From the IMG/VR virus record IMGVR_UViG_3300037261_000012, positions 30,884 to 94,883 of that record: 64,000 bases of DNA; one strand, 5' to 3'. Of the stretch, positions 62,987 to 64,000 are shown in pieces (within the stretch, counting starts at the first letter, position 1; each line of letters starts with the position of its first letter). The DNA comes from a virus. A model generated the notes under the pieces. It searched no databases and was not told where the DNA came from. It saw only the letters and a list, made by a program, of their open reading frames with translations. Both the position numbers and the translations under genes were made by a program.

Positions 62987-63850
62987 GTGAGCACTGAAGA
63001 ACGGGCTATAGTCTTCGTTGATGTGGTTGGTTCAACTGCTTTGAAGGTAGAGCAGGGGGATTCAACGGGGGCGGCAGAGGTTGCCAATAAGCTTAATAAA
63101 ATAGAGGCTGCTTTAGTTAAAGCAGACCCTACTGCTAAAAGGCATGGCCCTTCTGAGGGTGATTCTTTCCTGCTGATTGGATCAAACACTTTAGCCTTGT
63201 TCAAGGCTGCTGTAAATTTTCAAGCCTTGGAGATGGTGTGGAATTCAAGTATGTCTGTTCGTATCTCAGTAGGCCGTGGGGCCTTTGAGGCAATGCCTGA
63301 TGGTAATTTTCAGAGTTTGAGAGGGTCAAGTATAGATATGGCTAGAAGGATTCTGGAGTACTGTAATCCGTTTGGTGTGGTAATTACAGAGTATGTGCGT
63401 GAAATAGTACGTTCAGCAGGTCTTGGTGGCAGTTTAACTAGGTGTGAGGAGGAGTTGAAGGGTTTCGGCTTGGAGGTCTTTTATACTACAGGTAAAGAAG
63501 ATCGAAAAGAAGGCGTCCTTATGAATAGACGTTTGACTGACATGCAAGTAGTATCTCTTACTTCCAGAGTTGATGAGATGGACTCAAAACTTGGTAAGCA
63601 CATGAAGGAAGAAGAAAATTACAAGAGACTGTTTTTAACAGACTTGACCTTAATTAAGAATAACACGGCTGGAATAGTAGAAGCCTGGGAAGCTATTTCA
63701 GGAGGATTAAAAATACTAAAGTTCATGGCTTATTTGGGGAGATTAGTAGCTTATATGGCTACTGGTTTTGCAGCCGTGTGGGCTTTTACACATATTAGTG
63801 AAATTTCATGGGCTACCTTGTGGCATCTACTAGGGGTGGCTAAAGAATGA
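62987..63850 (+). CDS. class III nucleotide cyclase fused to a coiled-coil/transmembrane lysis-cassette domain
   Basis: IVFVDVVGST, EGDSF, VRISV..G, G..ID.A.RI, ELKGFG; hydrophobic C-terminus. Confidence 0.8.
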   Translation: MSTEERAIVFVDVVGSTALKVEQGDSTGAAEVANKLNKIEAALVKADPTAKRHGPSEGDSFLLIGSNTLALFKAAVNFQALEMVWNSSMSVRISVGRGAFEAMPDGNFQSLRGSSIDMARRILEYCNPFGVVITEYVREIVRSAGLGGSLTRCEEELKGFGLEVFYTTGKEDRKEGVLMNRRLTDMQVVSLTSRVDEMDSKLGKHMKEEENYKRLFLTDLTLIKNNTAGIVEAWEAISGGLKILKFMAYLGRLVAYMATGFAAVWAFTHISEISWATLWHLLGVAKE

Positions 63851-64000
63851 AACTAATTGATGAGTGGAGACTCCAGCTAAACAAGCTATGGAGTGTCCGC
63901 ATAACAATCTTTCTTACGCTGCTGGCGGGGTCTGATCAGATTCTTGGGCTTTTTCAACTGTATATTCCACCTGTGGTTTATTCCTTGCTGGGTATAGCTA
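63848..64000 (+). CDS. holin-like membrane protein (5' part)
   Basis: MKLIDEWR....LWSVR followed by hydrophobic helices. Confidence 0.7.

Noticed and set aside
266-63204. Numerous minus-strand ORFs in the ORF track
   Set aside because: They overlap well-supported + strand genes or RNA genes and lack RBSs and recognisable motifs; treated as shadow ORFs
1-64000. Stop-codon reassignment
   Set aside because: Long genes are intact in the standard code, TAA, TAG and TGA all end genes, and no suppressor tRNA was found

Overview
A 64-kb segment of a tailed dsDNA bacteriophage with siphovirus-type architecture. Essentially all real genes are on the + strand, and the host is probably proteobacterial. 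Positions 1-28.7 kb are an early/accessory region built from small gene cassettes behind 14 copies of a conserved sigma70-like promoter. It encodes ParB-like, SLOG, RNA ligase, MazG, HD hydrolase, amidoligase, RapZ-like, SleB-like, DNA ligase, truncated PPDK, HNH-AP2 and CsrA-like proteins plus two PTP-like phosphatases. It also holds 11 tRNA genes and a circularly permuted two-piece tmRNA. A family A DNA polymerase follows at 28.6-31.1 kb. The head and tail module (31.1-60.6 kb) has portal, MuF with cargo domains, XkdF-type protease, scaffold, major capsid, two tail tube paralogues, a frameshifted chaperone, tape measure and fibres. The last part (60.6-64 kb) has a T5 A1-like phosphoesterase, a dATP/dGTP diphosphohydrolase, a class III cyclase fused to a membrane protein and the start of a holin. 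The strongest unexplained signal is a 14-bp quasi-palindrome, TGCAATCAATTGCA. Its exact core occurs 26 times (25 in one orientation), roughly every 2-3 kb, both between genes and inside genes in all three frames. Other highlights are a transposase-less IS1595-like MazG cassette inserted into a phage promoter, a second (late) promoter class and candidate protease-processed head cargo proteins. All calls come from reading motifs by eye; no database searches were run.
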